Shown one piece after another: positions 1 through 14,040 of a stretch of 64,000 nucleotides of DNA. The stretch is from contig NC_068987.1 of NCBI RefSeq assembly GCF_001194135.2, positions 106,643,439-106,707,438 of the forward strand, read 5' to 3'. A model generated the notes under the pieces. That model saw nothing but the letters and a program-made list of their open reading frames with translations, ran no database searches and was not told the origin of the DNA. The translations under genes and the position numbers were made by a program. Numbering within the stretch: the stretch's first letter is position 1; each line of letters starts with the position of its first letter. The stretch is from Octopus bimaculoides. Taxonomy: Eukaryota.

Positions 1-6
1 AATGAT

Positions 7-9
7 TAA

Positions 10-43
<34 letters not shown>

Positions 44-45
44 TC
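7..45. repeat. (ATT)n microsatellite; the (TAA)n tail or target at the 3' end of the adjacent LINE
   Basis: Trinucleotide run directly abutting the LINE 3' end; the minus strand reads ...GGTGGCCAATAAATGAAAT(AAT)n. Confidence 0.9.
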
Positions 46-3000
46 ATTTATTGGCCACCAGGTCTGACATATAAGGGACAATAAAGTAGATATGGACAGT
101 GGGGATTTGACACAAAACACCGGAACACAATTAAAACTAATAATAATAAAAAGAATATAACAATGAAAGTTCCTCAGTAGTCGGTGTGGGTATCCACCTG
201 GACTTGGCTCGAGTAACACACCAATTCTGGAGCACTTGACGCTTTGAGGGTATCCGGGAAGGACACCCTACTCCCCCTGAAATTCACTAGCCTACAGGCG
301 CATTATTAGAGCAGGTTCTCTGGGTGGGGGAAGCACATCTCTCTCCACCCTCATCTTCATTTCCAAGTAAAATTTGAAAAATTGATGAGGAATTGGCAGC
401 AGAGAAAAAGTATCTGTCTTCAGGCCTTTCAACCTGGACCACCATACAAGCTCTTACGCCACTGCTATCTGACAGAGGAAAATCACCTGCCATCCGGACC
501 AATGGAAAGCGGTGGATCGATCATTACTATGGGCGAGGCCTATAGCCAGATTCGTCCTATTCGTGATAACAGCTGTTCAACATAACTCCACAAGTCAGTA
601 ATGCAAGGACACTGCAAGAGTGCGTGCAGATGAGTTTCGTCACTCTGCGCGTATCTCAGGCAAGTCCATCTGACAGCACTTTCAATGCTTGTAGAGTTTA
701 TCTCAAACCAACAGTGTCCCCCCGTAGTACTGCCAAGCTAGGGATTTCTGGAAGTTGTGCATTGCCTCCGACACGAAAGTCCTGAACATACTGGTCCGTT
801 CAGACTTCGTCAACGCCAATCATCTCTACAAGTGCGTCATTGTTCTCTCTCCTTCCACTATCCCTCTATAGAACTCAAGAGTGGATGTTCCACTCATTGC
901 ATTGCACGACCGGTAGAGGGCAATAAGTGCCTGGCAGCATTCCAGATGTTAGTCACCCTGCCTCGGTCTCTTCTTAACCAAGGACTGGTGCTCAGTCAAG
1001 GAGAACGGCTGGAGAAAGCCTGCTTGACAAACTTTGGCCACCGAGCTAGTGCCGTTGTGCATTGCAGCGATCCAGCCTCTGAGGACGAAACCGAAGCCGG
1101 CTGCTTTGAGGATAGCCTCTAGATATCGATGTTCGACCTTATCGAATGCTTTCCATTGATCTAAATTTATCAGCGCCCCGCCGAAGCCAGGTTTACACCC
1201 TACCCTTTCTATGATGTATCGCATGAGGTTGTCGTGTATGTACCTAGTGAGGATTGCGCAGTTTTGCGCCTCCCCAACCAAGTCCTCGACGACAAGCACC
1301 AACCTCTTCGCTAATGCCTTGGCCAAAATCTTAAGTTCTGTGTTAAGCAGAGTTTTGTGTCTGAAGTTATCTAATTTGTCCCCCTTGTTTTCGTCTTTCT
1401 TTCTCAGCGTCTCTACTGGGGATATTCCCGTTATCCTGCCAGTTGCAGTAAGGTGCTTCGAGGAGATCAGAGAAAAATCTGGCATATTTACGTAAAGTTC
1501 ATAGGGTAGACTATCTAAACAATGTGACTTGAGCCTTGTGCAGCCGACAAGGGCAACCTAAATTTCGGCTGAAGTTATCTGCCTTTCACAGAGCCTAGCG
1601 TCACCCGTCGAAAGACACGGCAAGCCGTTCAGGTACAGCTTGAAGTGTGCCACCATCTCCGCTCCACCACTCTACCCGAAAAACCGAGCAAAGTCCTGGC
1701 GAAAGGCCTCACACATCTTCCTGGAATCTCTCAGTTCGTATCGGTCTCGGTCCGACAAAGACTGAATTGTGATTTTGTCACCAAGCTGCGCCCCCGCCAT
1801 GCGGGCCCATCAAACAGTTTTGATATCCTCGTTTCTTAGAGCACGCGACTTAGCTCTGACAATGCAGCCTTCATGTTTCGCATTGAAGAATTGGTATAAT
1901 GCCATTCTCGCTGCTAGCACGACGGTTGCAATGCCACTATTAATAGCCTCGTCTGGTTTAGCTACTAACCCCTCCTCCTTTATATTTTGTTAACACTATT
2001 TCTTTGCCAAACCGTATCAATATTTCTCTGATCTCTCTTTTGAGAGCGCTCCACCACCTGTTGTGACGACCTGTCCCCCGTCAACTTCTGCTTAACTAAA
2101 TTGTTGACTCGGTTTCTGTAAGCTTTACGTGCGGGAAATGACATGTTCAGCTTCTAGTACCCGGGACCTAACCTACGTGCCATATCTAGGTCGATCGTAC
2201 AGACTACAAACTTATGGTCTGAATAGGCGACCGTTTTAAAAAGTTGACATCCTACACTATTACTATCTATTTTCCTAGGGGAAATCCTATCTATATACGT
2301 TCTAGATGACCCTAAGCGGTTGGTCCAGATCCGCACTGGCGAATTAAGGAAATCTCATCGGTACCCGTCAGACAGTTGGAACAGGCTGATCAGGTTGAGA
2401 CTCTTGCACCTGTCTCTTCCATCAGCTACTCCCACATAGTCCCAGCGTTGGTCTAAGATTCCTCTCCGGTCCATTACTAACAGTAAAGGGCGAGAATCAC
2501 CTAGAAAGGCTTCCAGACGCCTAAAGAAATCCATCAGTTTGGCTTCGTTTGGTAGGGTCATAGATGGCCACCAGTCTAAAGACGCTGCTTTCACTATTGC
2601 TCCCCAGCCAGGGCCACCATCTTCCCGTCCGGGTCCCGGAACATCGACTTTACTTGGAGACCCAGTTCTTTCCTAAACAGTACTGCCACTTCACCTGCCA
2701 TTCTCAGCCAACTAACAGATGCAAAAATCTGATAGTCGTCGAAAATGGGGGCCAGTGAATGTGTATTGGAAATCCTGGTCTCACCGACAGCAATTATATC
2801 CAACTGTAGAGAATTGAGGTCGTTGAGCAGGTGTCCTTGCTTTCAGGGTGACTCCAGGTCTCGAACATCGAAGAATCCTACTCTTGATATGGCCATGTTG
2901 GCAAGCTAAGGAGAGAAGGAAGTGATTTAATTACCGCCTAGTGTTTTGTGAAGGTCGAGTGTTTCGACCTCTATAATAGGTGGGGAATTTTGTTTTTTTT

Positions 3001-3290
3001 GAACCTCGATGTGGGTCTCATATCCTCCGGAAAGCTCTGTAGAATTTTTGCGTAGGAATCGAGTGACATTAGCAGCAGAGGTAAATATTCTGGATCGCAA
3101 AATGTGCGATAACATTATCCGACATGACCCTCTTAGGATGTCGACCGTCACATTGTAGACATCTTGTATGGATGATTGCGTAACACAGCTGCTCATATGC
3201 GTCGTTTGCTCTGTCCCCAGTTTTAAAATCCAAACATGTAGTTCGGAATGTGTTTCGTAGACCAATAGAAGAGATGTAACTCCACACATC
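46..3290 (-). mobile_element. Degenerate, internally deleted Tx1/L1-clade non-LTR retrotransposon
   Basis: Minus-strand translation gives, in order: APE endonuclease start (MAISRVGFFDVRDL...LLNDLNSLQLDIIAVGETR), early RT motifs (LLNTELKILAKALAKRL; GALINLDQWKAFDKVEHRYL), a C-terminal Zn-finger remnant (CPRY...ETHLHALLQCP) and WWSRLKG...FFKFYLEMKMRVER. An AATAAA and an (AAT)n tail follow. The 5' boundary is approximate. Confidence 0.9.
292..2896 (-). pseudogene. LINE ORF2 (endonuclease + reverse transcriptase) pseudogene with stops, frameshifts and no RT catalytic core
   Basis: ATG at 2896 and TAG at 292. Fragments appear in the ORF track at 2594-2803, 2355-2594 and 949-1485. After AAMHNGTSSVAKV the sequence jumps to the post-RT region; no QG or YADD motif is seen. 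Confidence 0.85.
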
Positions 3291-3528
3291 GGTCAGTGAT
3301 AATGCTATTCATTCATTTACTTATTTATTTTAGACGTCTTCAAGAAGCTTAGCCCGCTTTTTAGTGATACTGAAATAGATTTCCCTCTTTTCGGCCGCAA
3401 AAAAATGTATGTTAAATGTATTATTTTTCTTTCAATTCGCTATTGTTAGAAAACGAAATTTTGTGCTTTTGTGTTTACGTGGCAGTAAATCACATGTGTT
3501 CATTCGTTAAGCATAATAATAATTTTCT

Positions 3529-3548
3529 CTAGTAGTAGTAGTAGTAGT

Positions 3549-3580
<32 letters not shown>

Positions 3581-3582
3581 TA
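3529..3582. repeat. Compound (TAG)n(CAG)n(TAG)n microsatellite
   Basis: Directly visible. Confidence 0.9.
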
Positions 3583-4800
3583 TGCTAAAGTATCACGTTA
3601 GAATAGTGTTATTGTAGTGCAGGTGGTAATGTTTGCCTTGGTGTTGACAGAGAAGTAAGCTAACTGCACACTGCACCTGTCAAATTTGCATTAGAGTCTT
3701 TGTCGACAATGACATTAGTTGCACTTCCAAGCTGCAGTTGTTTTATTTTATGGAATATATACTATTGTTGTTATTGATGACCTTCCATCCTTTTCTTTTT
3801 TTGTTACTGTTATTTAGCCCCAGGCAAACAGCGATCGAGTAAACCTATGACCAATTGCGTTCCGACCATGAATATCCTGATTTTGTCTTCCCTGTGTGAA
3901 GGGAACACAGTATCATATTATCATTCAGTGAGCCATTTTCTCTGATGATACGTGTTTGAGATTTGAACGAAATTTAATTGCTATTTCTAGCTGGTTCAGC
4001 GATCATGTCGCAACCCTCACATTGGCTCGAATAATTAAATTTCTGCGTATGATAGTGTTGTTACACTTTTTTTTATATATCGCTATTGCTGCAGTTGTTG
4101 TTGCTGTCAGTATTGCTTTTGTCAATGCTCATTATAGTAGGCAATGATTAGCCCAAGTATTAAACAGAACAGTTCATTGCCTTTCAGCTGCTTCGGTAAT
4201 TGATATTGTTCTCATCCTTACAATTTTTTTCTTGTTTCTTGCTAGGGCTGCTATTGTTCTTCTTGCTGGTGGAATTGGTCGTTAATTACAGGTGACTCGA
4301 AGTGTAAGTCGTATTAAAGATCTCCCTTTCTTCGCTGCCGCCTCTGTTGGATTGTATGCGTTTTAACCAGGTTCACAATACAAGAGAATTGGGCAATATT
4401 CCTAATGCAATACTTGTCTCTGTAATTCTGTTAGTGCCGCGGCCATCATCACAGTTAAAGTGTATTATAATCAATATAACACGTTTAGCGGCAATTTAAA
4501 TTCTTGGATCCAAAGTCATTGTTTAATTTAAAGTAAGTGATGCTGTTGCTAGGGCGTTGCAAAGAACGCAGAACGAGCACACAAGTATGTATGCATATAT
4601 ATNNNNNNNNNNNNNNNNNNNNNNNNNNNNNNNNNNNNNNNNNNNNNNNNNNNNNNNNNNNNNNNNNNNNNNNNNNNNNNNNNNNNNNNNNNNNNNNNNN
4701 NNNNNNNNNNNNNNNNNNNNNNNNNNNNNNNNNNNNNNNNNNNNNNNNNNNNNNNNNNNNNNNNNNNNNNNNNNNNNNNNNNNNNNNNNNNNNNNNNNNN

Positions 4801-4834
<34 letters not shown>

Positions 4835-5519
4835 TGCACAGCAAACGGTGAAGATAGAATTGCTTGTACATCTGTTTTAACACGTTTCTGCGCTTTAATA
4901 CATTGTGTGTGTGTGCATGTGTGAGTGTGTGCGCGCGTGCATGAGTGTGTGTGTGTATGCGCTTGTGTGCGTGTGTGCTTTTGAGCGTATGTCTGTGCTC
5001 CCGCATGTGTGTGTAACATAGGAGACCAAAGTAGTATAGTATCCATCCTATATTTTCACCTGATTCTAAACAATTGTCACTTGTCGGGAGACATTTCCAT
5101 GTAGTTATGTATATAGACGAGAAAACCTTGCGGTGACAGACAGAGAAACGACCATTTGTCAGATAAACATATTATATATCCAATATAAAAATCATACCAT
5201 CATCAATTGAAAATAGCGATGGTTAACAAGATAAGTTAAGCTTTAGCTGATCTATTGATGGGTTATCTAGGCGGTAGTTCAATTTGTTAGAAATATGAGA
5301 GAACCCCCATTCAAATAATAGCATAATCTCTTAGGTCTTAAACACATCTCTGATATTGTCGACTTAGATACATTATGCTTAAATACATGATGTATTAGCT
5401 AGAGCATTATTTTTTTTTCCTATGATTAACCTAACAGTGACTTCCTGAAATTAAGGAAAATATCCAGCAAAAGGATTGAGAATAATGTTTTCAAATGTTA
5501 GTATAAGACAACAAGTCGA

Positions 5520-5701
5520 TGGGAGGGGAGCTAGTCGCTTATGTCGACCCAATTGCTCAACTGGTACTTATTTTATCGATCCTGAAAGGATGAAAGGAGA
5601 TTTGACTTTGGCGGAATTTGAATTCAAATCATAAAGACGGACGGAAGAACTATAGGCATTTTTACCGGGATGTTAACGATTCTGCCAGCACAGCGCCTTA
5701 A
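5520..5701 (-). mobile_element. tRNA-derived SINE-A, diverged copy
   Basis: Reverse complement matches the head and body of the copy at 13326-13537 (ctggcagaatcgttaac, gaattcaaattccgcc, cctttcatcc, aagtaccagt). Confidence 0.75.
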
Positions 5702-7919
5702 TGGGTGAGAATATGATAAATTGTCTACCTCCAAATAATCCCCACCCTGAAATCTCCAATCTCCAATTTTGCCCTGAAAGACGAGATTCTTGCCCGTTCC
5801 AAGACTACAATCGGTGTGGGGCAGAATTTCCTCCAGAATTGCTGGTTTAGCATAGAGAACATTTTGAGAGCTTATTTGAAGCTAAACGATAACAATAAAA
5901 ACAAGTTTTACACTTGTGTGTATGCTAGAAATTGAAAAAAATGTCCCTTACCATAATCGAATGGAATGGAATCGAAGAATCTTTGATTTTGAGCCTGCGT
6001 GTACTGTCATTGTCAAATCCCCAAAATGTACTAAAAGGCAATTCCATATGACGGCTACAATCGACATTTGAATGCTTCCATCGAGAACCTTAAGTAAGAA
6101 ATTCAATTTCCGCATGATGTTGAAGTTTACGTATAAACAAATTGTAGTTATGAAACCCCAGCATGCAACACTTCATTTCCTTACTGAGAATGTAGCGACT
6201 TCCAATTCGCAATTTTCGTTAATCTACTTACTTGGCAGATCTATCTTCTGCATCTTAAACATTAAACATTTATTAAGTACAACCTAATCAATTCTGTGAA
6301 TAGACCCAAGTAAGCACATTACCTTAGAGTAGGTAAAACTTTCGTACATAGCACATGCAACCTGTTCGTTGTATCGTCGTATCTAGAGAAATTTCATTGA
6401 TAGTTAGGTGTAAGATAGCCTGACAAAAGAAACTAGAATAAACTTCTCTTTCAAAAATATATGGCCTGAATTATAAGCAATATTTATTTATTTTATAAGC
6501 TCATCGATATAAAAAAAACAACTCTAATCTAATTGAAAATATACACTAGGAAATCGGTTGTTTTTCAACGGAAATTTACTATTTTTTTTAAGGCAAACAT
6601 TTCTAGAGTAGTGGTAAATGTTTCAACAAAACTTATCGTATATGGTTCTCAAAATTTATCGCCTATTCTTATAATACAAATTATGATACAATTACTATTC
6701 AAAATGCCATTTCGGTGTTAACAAAGGCATTATGGTAATAGTTGATGTTGTTGTTGTTGTTGTAGTTGTTGCTGATGTTGTTGTAGTTGTTGTCGTTGCT
6801 GTTGTATTAGCTCGTAGTTGTTACTAACTAACGCCAAATAAATTTTGATGGATTAGACTTGTGATGAAATGCATTAGAATCATGACTAGAACAAACCGTA
6901 TTTTTAACGGATATCTAGAACTACATCATCTAATGTGGCAGCCTCCATTCTTACTATATTAGTAAGTGATTTGAGGGAAATATGAATTCTATTTCTAGCA
7001 TGTGTAACGACCACTAAGAAAATACTTCGTTTTCATCAATCTTAAGTTGGTTGACAATTATTCCATCCACTGAATGTTTACACCTTTTAATATGTCTTCA
7101 TGAATTCAAACCAATAAGATTAATGCATTGTGTAGTCAACCAATCTCAGCACTCATTCAATAAACAACAGTTCAAAAACGCAACGTACATTTTGGTAGAT
7201 GATTCTAAGGCTTGCTTTAATGCAATATTAGTATACAAGTTAGCCTCTACATAGTCACTACAGATGCTAAATATTGAACCAAAGTCCTCTTAAATCCCAT
7301 ATTATCGTATAACATTAAAACATAGAGTAATGTGGACATATTGGAATGGAGTACTTCACATGAGTACTCACTGAAAACTGAGATGATCGTTGGTTGGAAA
7401 GCATGCTTCGACTTGCACTAACCTCAAAATTATCTACAGCAATAACATCACAGATTAAATCGATTGCCAATGAAGTAGTATCCAATGACAAAAAAAATCA
7501 GTGAAACAATGCGTCAAAGTATTACGAGACAATTGACTAGAAATAGCAGGCATATGTCCCTCAAATAGAAATCTACACTCTTAATAATGAAAAAAAATAA
7601 CGTCGATATTCTTGTACGTAATAAGAAAATTGAAAACTGAAAAATCAAGACTTGGATACGCCTGATCACTAGTCACCTTGATAAGAATTCATACTAACCG
7701 TTTTAGAAGTTCCATTCATCCACTTTCTACCACTCTGGGGCACAATATTCAAGCCTTTGATTTACATGATTATATTGATTCTAGAATTAGTGTCTAGTTG
7801 GCGATTACTTTACGGTGTCTAGTTATCTAATATCTGCGTTAGCGTTTGACGAAAAGGTAATGAATTAGAAGCAATGCTGACGTAGGAATAAAAAAAAAGT
7901 ACAGGAAGACATTCACAAA

Positions 7920-7957
7920 CACACAGACAGACAGATAGACGCGCGCACACACACGCG

Positions 7958-8015
<58 letters not shown>
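7920..8015. repeat. (CA)n microsatellite
   Basis: Directly visible. Confidence 0.9.
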
Positions 8016-8016
<1 letters not shown>

Positions 8017-8562
8017 CTATGGAGATAAAAGACAATACAAACGGAGATAATAACCTAATATTCAATTGTGGCGCAAATGTAACTGCTTAATCGCACGGCT
8101 AAATCTGTATCGCTTTTATTTCCTATCGAAACACAGCAGACATCTTTATTTTTGAGGTCAGGTGATGCATAGCGTGTCATAAACATCCATTTATCTGTCA
8201 TTCATTTTTCATACCAATCCTCTGCTCCTGTCCTTCAGCTGTCACGAGAAATGGTTTGCTTACCTAAACCGTACACAAATGAATGCAAGGAGTATATAAA
8301 AGAGAACGAGAGGAATAATGCGAAGAGTAGAGGCTAGAAAAATATTAATCAATCAATGGCATTATAGTCACTTTCAGTAAGGGAGGCAACTCAATATTAT
8401 GTATTGCTCAAATAATGATACAATTCATTGTAGTTTTCGAAATAAAATATATCAGAATGTAAACATTAATTATTTTACCTTTCAATGCATGTTCTCTGAT
8501 GACACGCACGGTCTGTACGTAGTGTATATATAATGCATACATATAAATACATATATACATTC

Positions 8563-8606
<44 letters not shown>

Positions 8607-10092
8607 NNNNNNNNNNNNNNNNNNNNNNNNNNNNNNNNNNNNNNNNNNNNNNNNNNNNNNNNNNNNNNNNNNNNNNNNNNNNNNNNNNNNNNNNNNNNNN
8701 NNNNNNNNNNNNNNNNNNNNNNNNNNNNNNNNNNNNNNNNNNNNNNNNNNNNNNNNNNNNNNNNNNNNNNNNNNNNNNNNNNNNNNNNNNNNNNNNNNNN
8801 NNNNNNNNNNNNNNNNNNNNNNNNNNNNNNNNNNNNNNNNNNNNNNNNNNNNNNNNNNNNNNNNNNNNNNNNNNNNNNNNNNNNNNNNNNNNNNNNNNNN
8901 NNNNNNNNNNNNNNNATATATATATATATATATATATACATATGTGCATACATATATATGCGTGTATACACACACAAACACACACATACACACAGTTACG
9001 GACAAATACAATGTGGAGGATTGAAGAAGTTCTTATACGTCCATTATAAACAAATTGAATGCTCGAACGAGGCGTTGCTGTAGTATGTGATCAAGTCTTG
9101 AAACACCTTTCAGAGCTTCAACTTGTTTAAGGTCCCAGGTTAGGAAAGAGTAAGATTATAGGTAGAAGCAGTGGTCAATCACTGCAGGGAGCAGACAGCC
9201 ACCTTTTACATAATTAATAATAATAATAATACACGGAGAAAAACACAAGAAAAGACAACAACGCGGATACGTGGCACATGTAAAGCACCACGAAGACGCA
9301 GAGAGAAGGAAGGAAAGACTGGTCGTTTTATGTTTCCAGCCAGGCTCTTCTTCGCAAACGGGAGAGAGAAAAGTCAAAAGAAAAGAAAAAAGGCGGAAAA
9401 ATCCCCAACAGTCCCCTCCCTGTGTAGTTAAATTTTGGGAATCTGTTTTTCTTGGTGCTTTTTTTCACCGTTTTTGGTTTTTATTAAATGTTNNNNNNNN
9501 NNNNNNNNNNNNNNNNNNNNNNNNNNNNNNNNNNNNNNNNNNNNNNNNNNNNNNNNNNNNNNNNNNNNNNNNNNNNNNNNNNNNNNNNNNNNNNNNNNNN
9601 NNNNNNNNNNNNNNNNNNNNNNNNNNNNNNNNNNNNNNNNNNNNNNNNNNNNNNNNNNNNNNNNNNNNNNNNNNNNNNNNNNNNNNNNNNNNNNNNNNNN
9701 NNNNNNNNNNNNNNNNNNNNNNNNNNNNNNNNNNNNNNNNNNNNNNNNNNNNNNNNNNNNNNNNNNNNNNNNNNNNNNNNNNNNNNNNNNNNNNNNNNNN
9801 NNNNNNNNNNNNNNNNNNNNNNNNNNNNNNNNNNNNNNNNNNNNNNNNNNNNNNNNNNNNNNNNNNNNNNNNNNNNNNNNNNNNNNNNNNNNNNNNNNNN
9901 NNNNNNNNNNNNNNNNNNNNNNNNNNNNNNNNNNNNNNNNNNNNNNNNNNNNNNNNNNNNNNNNNNNNNNNNNNNNNNNNNNNNNNNNNNNNNNNNNNNN
10001 NNNNNNNNNNNNNNNNNNNNNNNNNNNNNNNNNNNNNNNNNNNNNNNNNNNNNNNNNNNNNNNNNNNNNNNNNNNNNNNNNNNNNNNNNNNN

Positions 10093-10149
<57 letters not shown>

Positions 10150-11586
10150 TGTCAAGGTATTGTGACTACTGTAATTCTTTGTCAACAGCATTCGGCCGGG
10201 GCTGACCTTGAGTTCAACAACTTTTCTACGCCAAAAAAAAAGACAGCAGAAAAAAAAAAGAAAACACCTTGAACTGTCTATGAGGTGATTGCACAAGAAA
10301 AACTAAATGGAGAAATCAGGATAAATATTTACAGCTGATGAAAACATGCAGCTATTTCTGGTCTGTTTACTCCAACATAGTATGCTTGATCTAACGACTT
10401 AACATTTCTAGGCCAAAATGAGACCACTTAACACAAGCAAAAGGTCCTTGCCCTGTCAAAGAAAGCATCTAACTTCTTCCTTTACTTATTGCAAAAACCA
10501 CTTAAGCGTGCAAACACACACAGACATGTAAGATAGTGTATGTGCGCTTGTTTGTGTGAGAACACGTTTGCAGATATAAATGTGCTGGCATATAAAAATA
10601 CATTAATGGAGTTATATGTGTTTGTGTAATTATAACACACAAAGAAGCATCTGCATATAAATAGATGCACGCAACCCATTGTTCATATGCACACAGCTAT
10701 AAACACAAGCGCACGCGCAAACATACACACGCAAACATACACACACACACACACACTCACACACACGCACGCACGCACGCACGCACGCACAATCTCACAT
10801 CAGACACGAGCATAAGTTCACGTGTGTGTGAGATTGAATGGGGCTGTCTCTTTCTCTCTTTCTCTCTCTCTCTCCCTCTCTCTGTCCTTCTCTCTCTCAC
10901 TATACTTATAACACGCATATATACACAGACATATGTATGTATACGTGTGTACCCATGATGTAGGCATATACATGTGTGTGTATGCGTTATATATATGTAT
11001 ATATTTATACATCCATATACTTACCTACATAATATATACACATACATATATATATATATATATATATGGTGCAAGCTGGTTGACAGGAATGTGAGTGAGC
11101 GTACGTAAATATTATGTGTGTGTGTGTGTGTGTGTGTGNNNNNNNNNNNNNNNNNNNNNNNNNNNNNNNNNNNNNNNNNNNNNNNNNNNNNNNNNNNNNN
11201 NNNNNNNNNNNNNNNNNNNNNNNNNNNNNNNNNNNNNNNNNNNNNNNNNNNNNNNNNNNNNNNNNNNNNNNNNNNNNNNNNNNNNNNNNNNNNNNNNNNN
11301 NNNNNNNNNNNNNNNNNNNNNNNNNNNNNNNNNNNNNNNNNNNNNNNNNNNNNNNNNNNNNNNNNNNNNNNNNNNNNNNNNNNNNNNNNNNNNNNNNNNN
11401 NNNNNNNNNNNNNNNNNNNNNNNNNNNNNNNNNNNNNNNNNNNNNNNNNNNNNNNNNNNNNNNNNNNNNNNNNNNNNNNNNNNNNNNNNNNNNNNNNNNN
11501 NNNNNNNNNNNNNNNNNNNNNNNNNNNNNNNNNNNNNNNATATATACACATATATGTATGTGTATATATATATATACATATATGTA

Positions 11587-11619
<33 letters not shown>

Positions 11620-11664
11620 GGTGCAAGCTGGTTGACAGGAATGTGAGTGAGCGTACGTAAATAT

Positions 11665-11703
<39 letters not shown>

Positions 11704-12540
11704 ATGTGTGAACAAACAGGTTTGTGTTTGCATAAAGTGATTCTTTGGAGTCTTTTGAGTCTTTCAGTAATAGGCAATGACATTTAAACCTGAAGATAAA
11801 TCTGCCATTTTGTGACCCTTGATGGCAGATTTAATAAGACATCAAGTCTTTAGCATTAAACAACTACTTTGCTACAGAAGAAAAACATGTCGGTCGACCT
11901 TGCATTAAATGGCGTTTGGCTTAAACCTCGTTTCTGATGCCGTTGCGTTCATTGATGGTTTTACATGTATATGCGTAAGTACGCGATGTTATTTCTTGTA
12001 AGGATCGCACTCTATCGAGCATATGACATTTGTGTCACGTTAAGCTTAAAATATAGAATAAAGTAGCAGGAAGAGGAGCAATTGCTGTTGAAGTAGTGCT
12101 ACTACCTCATTGGATGTTTGTCTGTCTAGTAAAATGCACCTACTCTTTGGCGCATGTGTGTGTATGCGTACATATATGCTTATCCATTGAATCACACATG
12201 CATTACGATTATGAATATTTATTTTATATAGCAATTGTGTTTAACAGCATTTTGGCTGCAACTTTCATATGGACAAATTAGAGTCACATTGCATTTCTGA
12301 CGGAAAAAGAGATATGCGACGATTTCGGAGTTCCGAGTAGAGCAAATATGATAGAACTTATTGATTTTACGTTCTTGTGTTTTTTTTTTGTTCTTTCATA
12401 ATATTAATATTATTTGCCGATATCTAACGTGATATATACGAATATACATGCACGCATGTATACATACACACATGCAAATATATCATATATCAGTGTGCAT
12501 ATGTGTGGCTATTAGTGTGTGTATGTCTATGTATATATAT

Positions 12541-12627
12541 ATCATCATCATCATCATCATCGTTTAACGTCCGCTTTCCATGCTAGCATGGGTTGGACGA
12601 TTTGACTGAGGACTGGTGAAACCGGAT
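12541..12627 (-). mobile_element. 3' end of a retroposon (probably RTE-associated) with a (GAT)n tail
   Basis: An (ATC)n run is followed by gtttaacgtccgctttccatgctagcatgggttggacg, recognised as a frequent cephalopod retroposon terminus; cut by a gap. Confidence 0.5.
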
Positions 12628-13148
12628 NNNNNNNNNNAATGCGTGTGCGTGTGTGTACTCGTCCTTTGGTCTGTATATGCGACTGCTTTCCAAAGGATTT
12701 CCGCCGCCTGTAAATTTACGTTCACAAATTAGTTCGCCAACGCACCATGCACCGATATTCTGTTGTTGCTAGGCAAAGCCCTTAACCACACTGTCATATT
12801 TTCGTGCGCACGTTGTTTTTAGAAGAAAAATAGCTCTGTAACTGGAATTAGGATAAGAACATTACCGGAAAGTTACATGGCTGTGTGAGTATGGCAGGAC
12901 ATCAAGTCATGGTGTGATCTATACGGTAAGCATTAGATAACACACAAGCGTCGATCGAATGAACGGGGAAGAAGGCTAGAACGTGACAGTAGTTTGACCC
13001 GAGCACGTGTGAGTTTTTGTCGTTCTCTTTCTCTCTCGCACTATATTTACAACACGCATACATACAACACCGTCCGAAGTTTCAAAACCAATAATTCAAT
13101 AAAATACAGTTTTTTTCTTAATTGTATTTTCGTGATCAGATGTGTGAA

Positions 13149-13322
13149 GGCGCGTAGTCTCATGGTTATGGTATTCGGCTCACAATCGTAAGGTTGGGAA
13201 TTCGATTCCTGGCGGCGCGTTGTGTCCTTGTGCAAGACGACACTTTATTTTACGCTGCTGCAATCCACTCAGCTGGCAAAACCAGTGGTACCTGTAATTC
13301 AAAAGACCAGCGTTGTCACATT
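13149..13322 (+). mobile_element. tRNA-derived SINE-B (CORE-like central domain), ending at a SINE-A copy
   Basis: A-box-like tggttatgg, B-box-like gaattcgattcc, then tgtgtccttgtgcaagac-actttattt...cactcagctg, shared with 16757-17076. Confidence 0.75.
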
Positions 13323-13325
13323 TAA

Positions 13326-13537
13326 GGCGGCAAGCAGGCAGAAACGTCAGCACGCCGGCAAAATGCTTAGCGGTATTTCGTCTGTCTTTACGTTCTGAGT
13401 TCAAATCCACGGAGGTCTATTTTGCCTTTCATCCTTTCCGGCTCGATAAATTAAGTACAATTTGTGTACTGGGGTCGATATAATCGACTGGCCCCCTCCG
13501 CCAAAATTTCGGGCCGTGTGCCTAGAGTAGAAACGAA
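13326..13537 (+). mobile_element. tRNA-derived SINE-A, full-length uninterrupted copy
   Basis: GGCGGC...GGCAGAAACG...AAATGCTTAGCGGTATTTCGTCTGTCTTTACGTTCTGAGTTCAAAT (B box)...GTGCCTAGAGTAGAAA. It shows the empty site of the insertion at 20758-22553. Confidence 0.85.
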
Positions 13538-13629
13538 TTTTTGTGATCATTCTTGAGAAGAGGAGCAGCACAGAGGATCAATTTCTAAATGCCTGTCAGG
13601 AAATAAAGCATAATAGTTACTAACTTTAT

Positions 13630-14040
13630 ATTTTAATCTTTACTTGTTTCAGTCATTTGAGAGCGCCCATGCTGGGGCAGTATCTTGAAGAGTGTCTAGT
13701 CTGACAAATCGACCCTAGAACTTATCTCCATTTGTTTCAGCTTAGTACTTAATCTATCAGTTTCTTGTGCCGCAGCGCTGTATTAGATCGAGGTAAACAT
13801 ACCAACACTGATTGCTAATCAACGGTAGGGGGACAAACACAGATACACATACGCTCGCATACACACACACACATACATACAGACGCACACATATATATGA
13901 CTAGTTTCTTTTAGTTTCCGTCTACGAGATCCACTCACAAGGTCCGAGGGAGTAAGAGAAGACAGATACGCAAGGGACCACGCAGAAGGAGTGAACCTGG
14001 GAATATGTGACTGGGAACCAACCTTTTCACATCGCTAATT
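13630..14040 (-). mobile_element. tRNA-derived SINE-C with an internal microsatellite
   Basis: Reverse complement matches 37471-37870 (tgactgaaacaagta tail, ggatctcgtagacggaaacta, central CA/TA tract). Confidence 0.75.

Noticed and set aside
757-1495. Plus-strand ORFs 757-1122 and 1211-1495
   Set aside because: They are antisense shadows of the minus-strand LINE ORF2.
11068-11700. 48-bp unique sequence plus flanking microsatellites repeated on both sides of a gap (11068-11115 and 11620-11667)
   Set aside because: An identical direct duplication across a gap is typical of unmerged overlapping contig ends.
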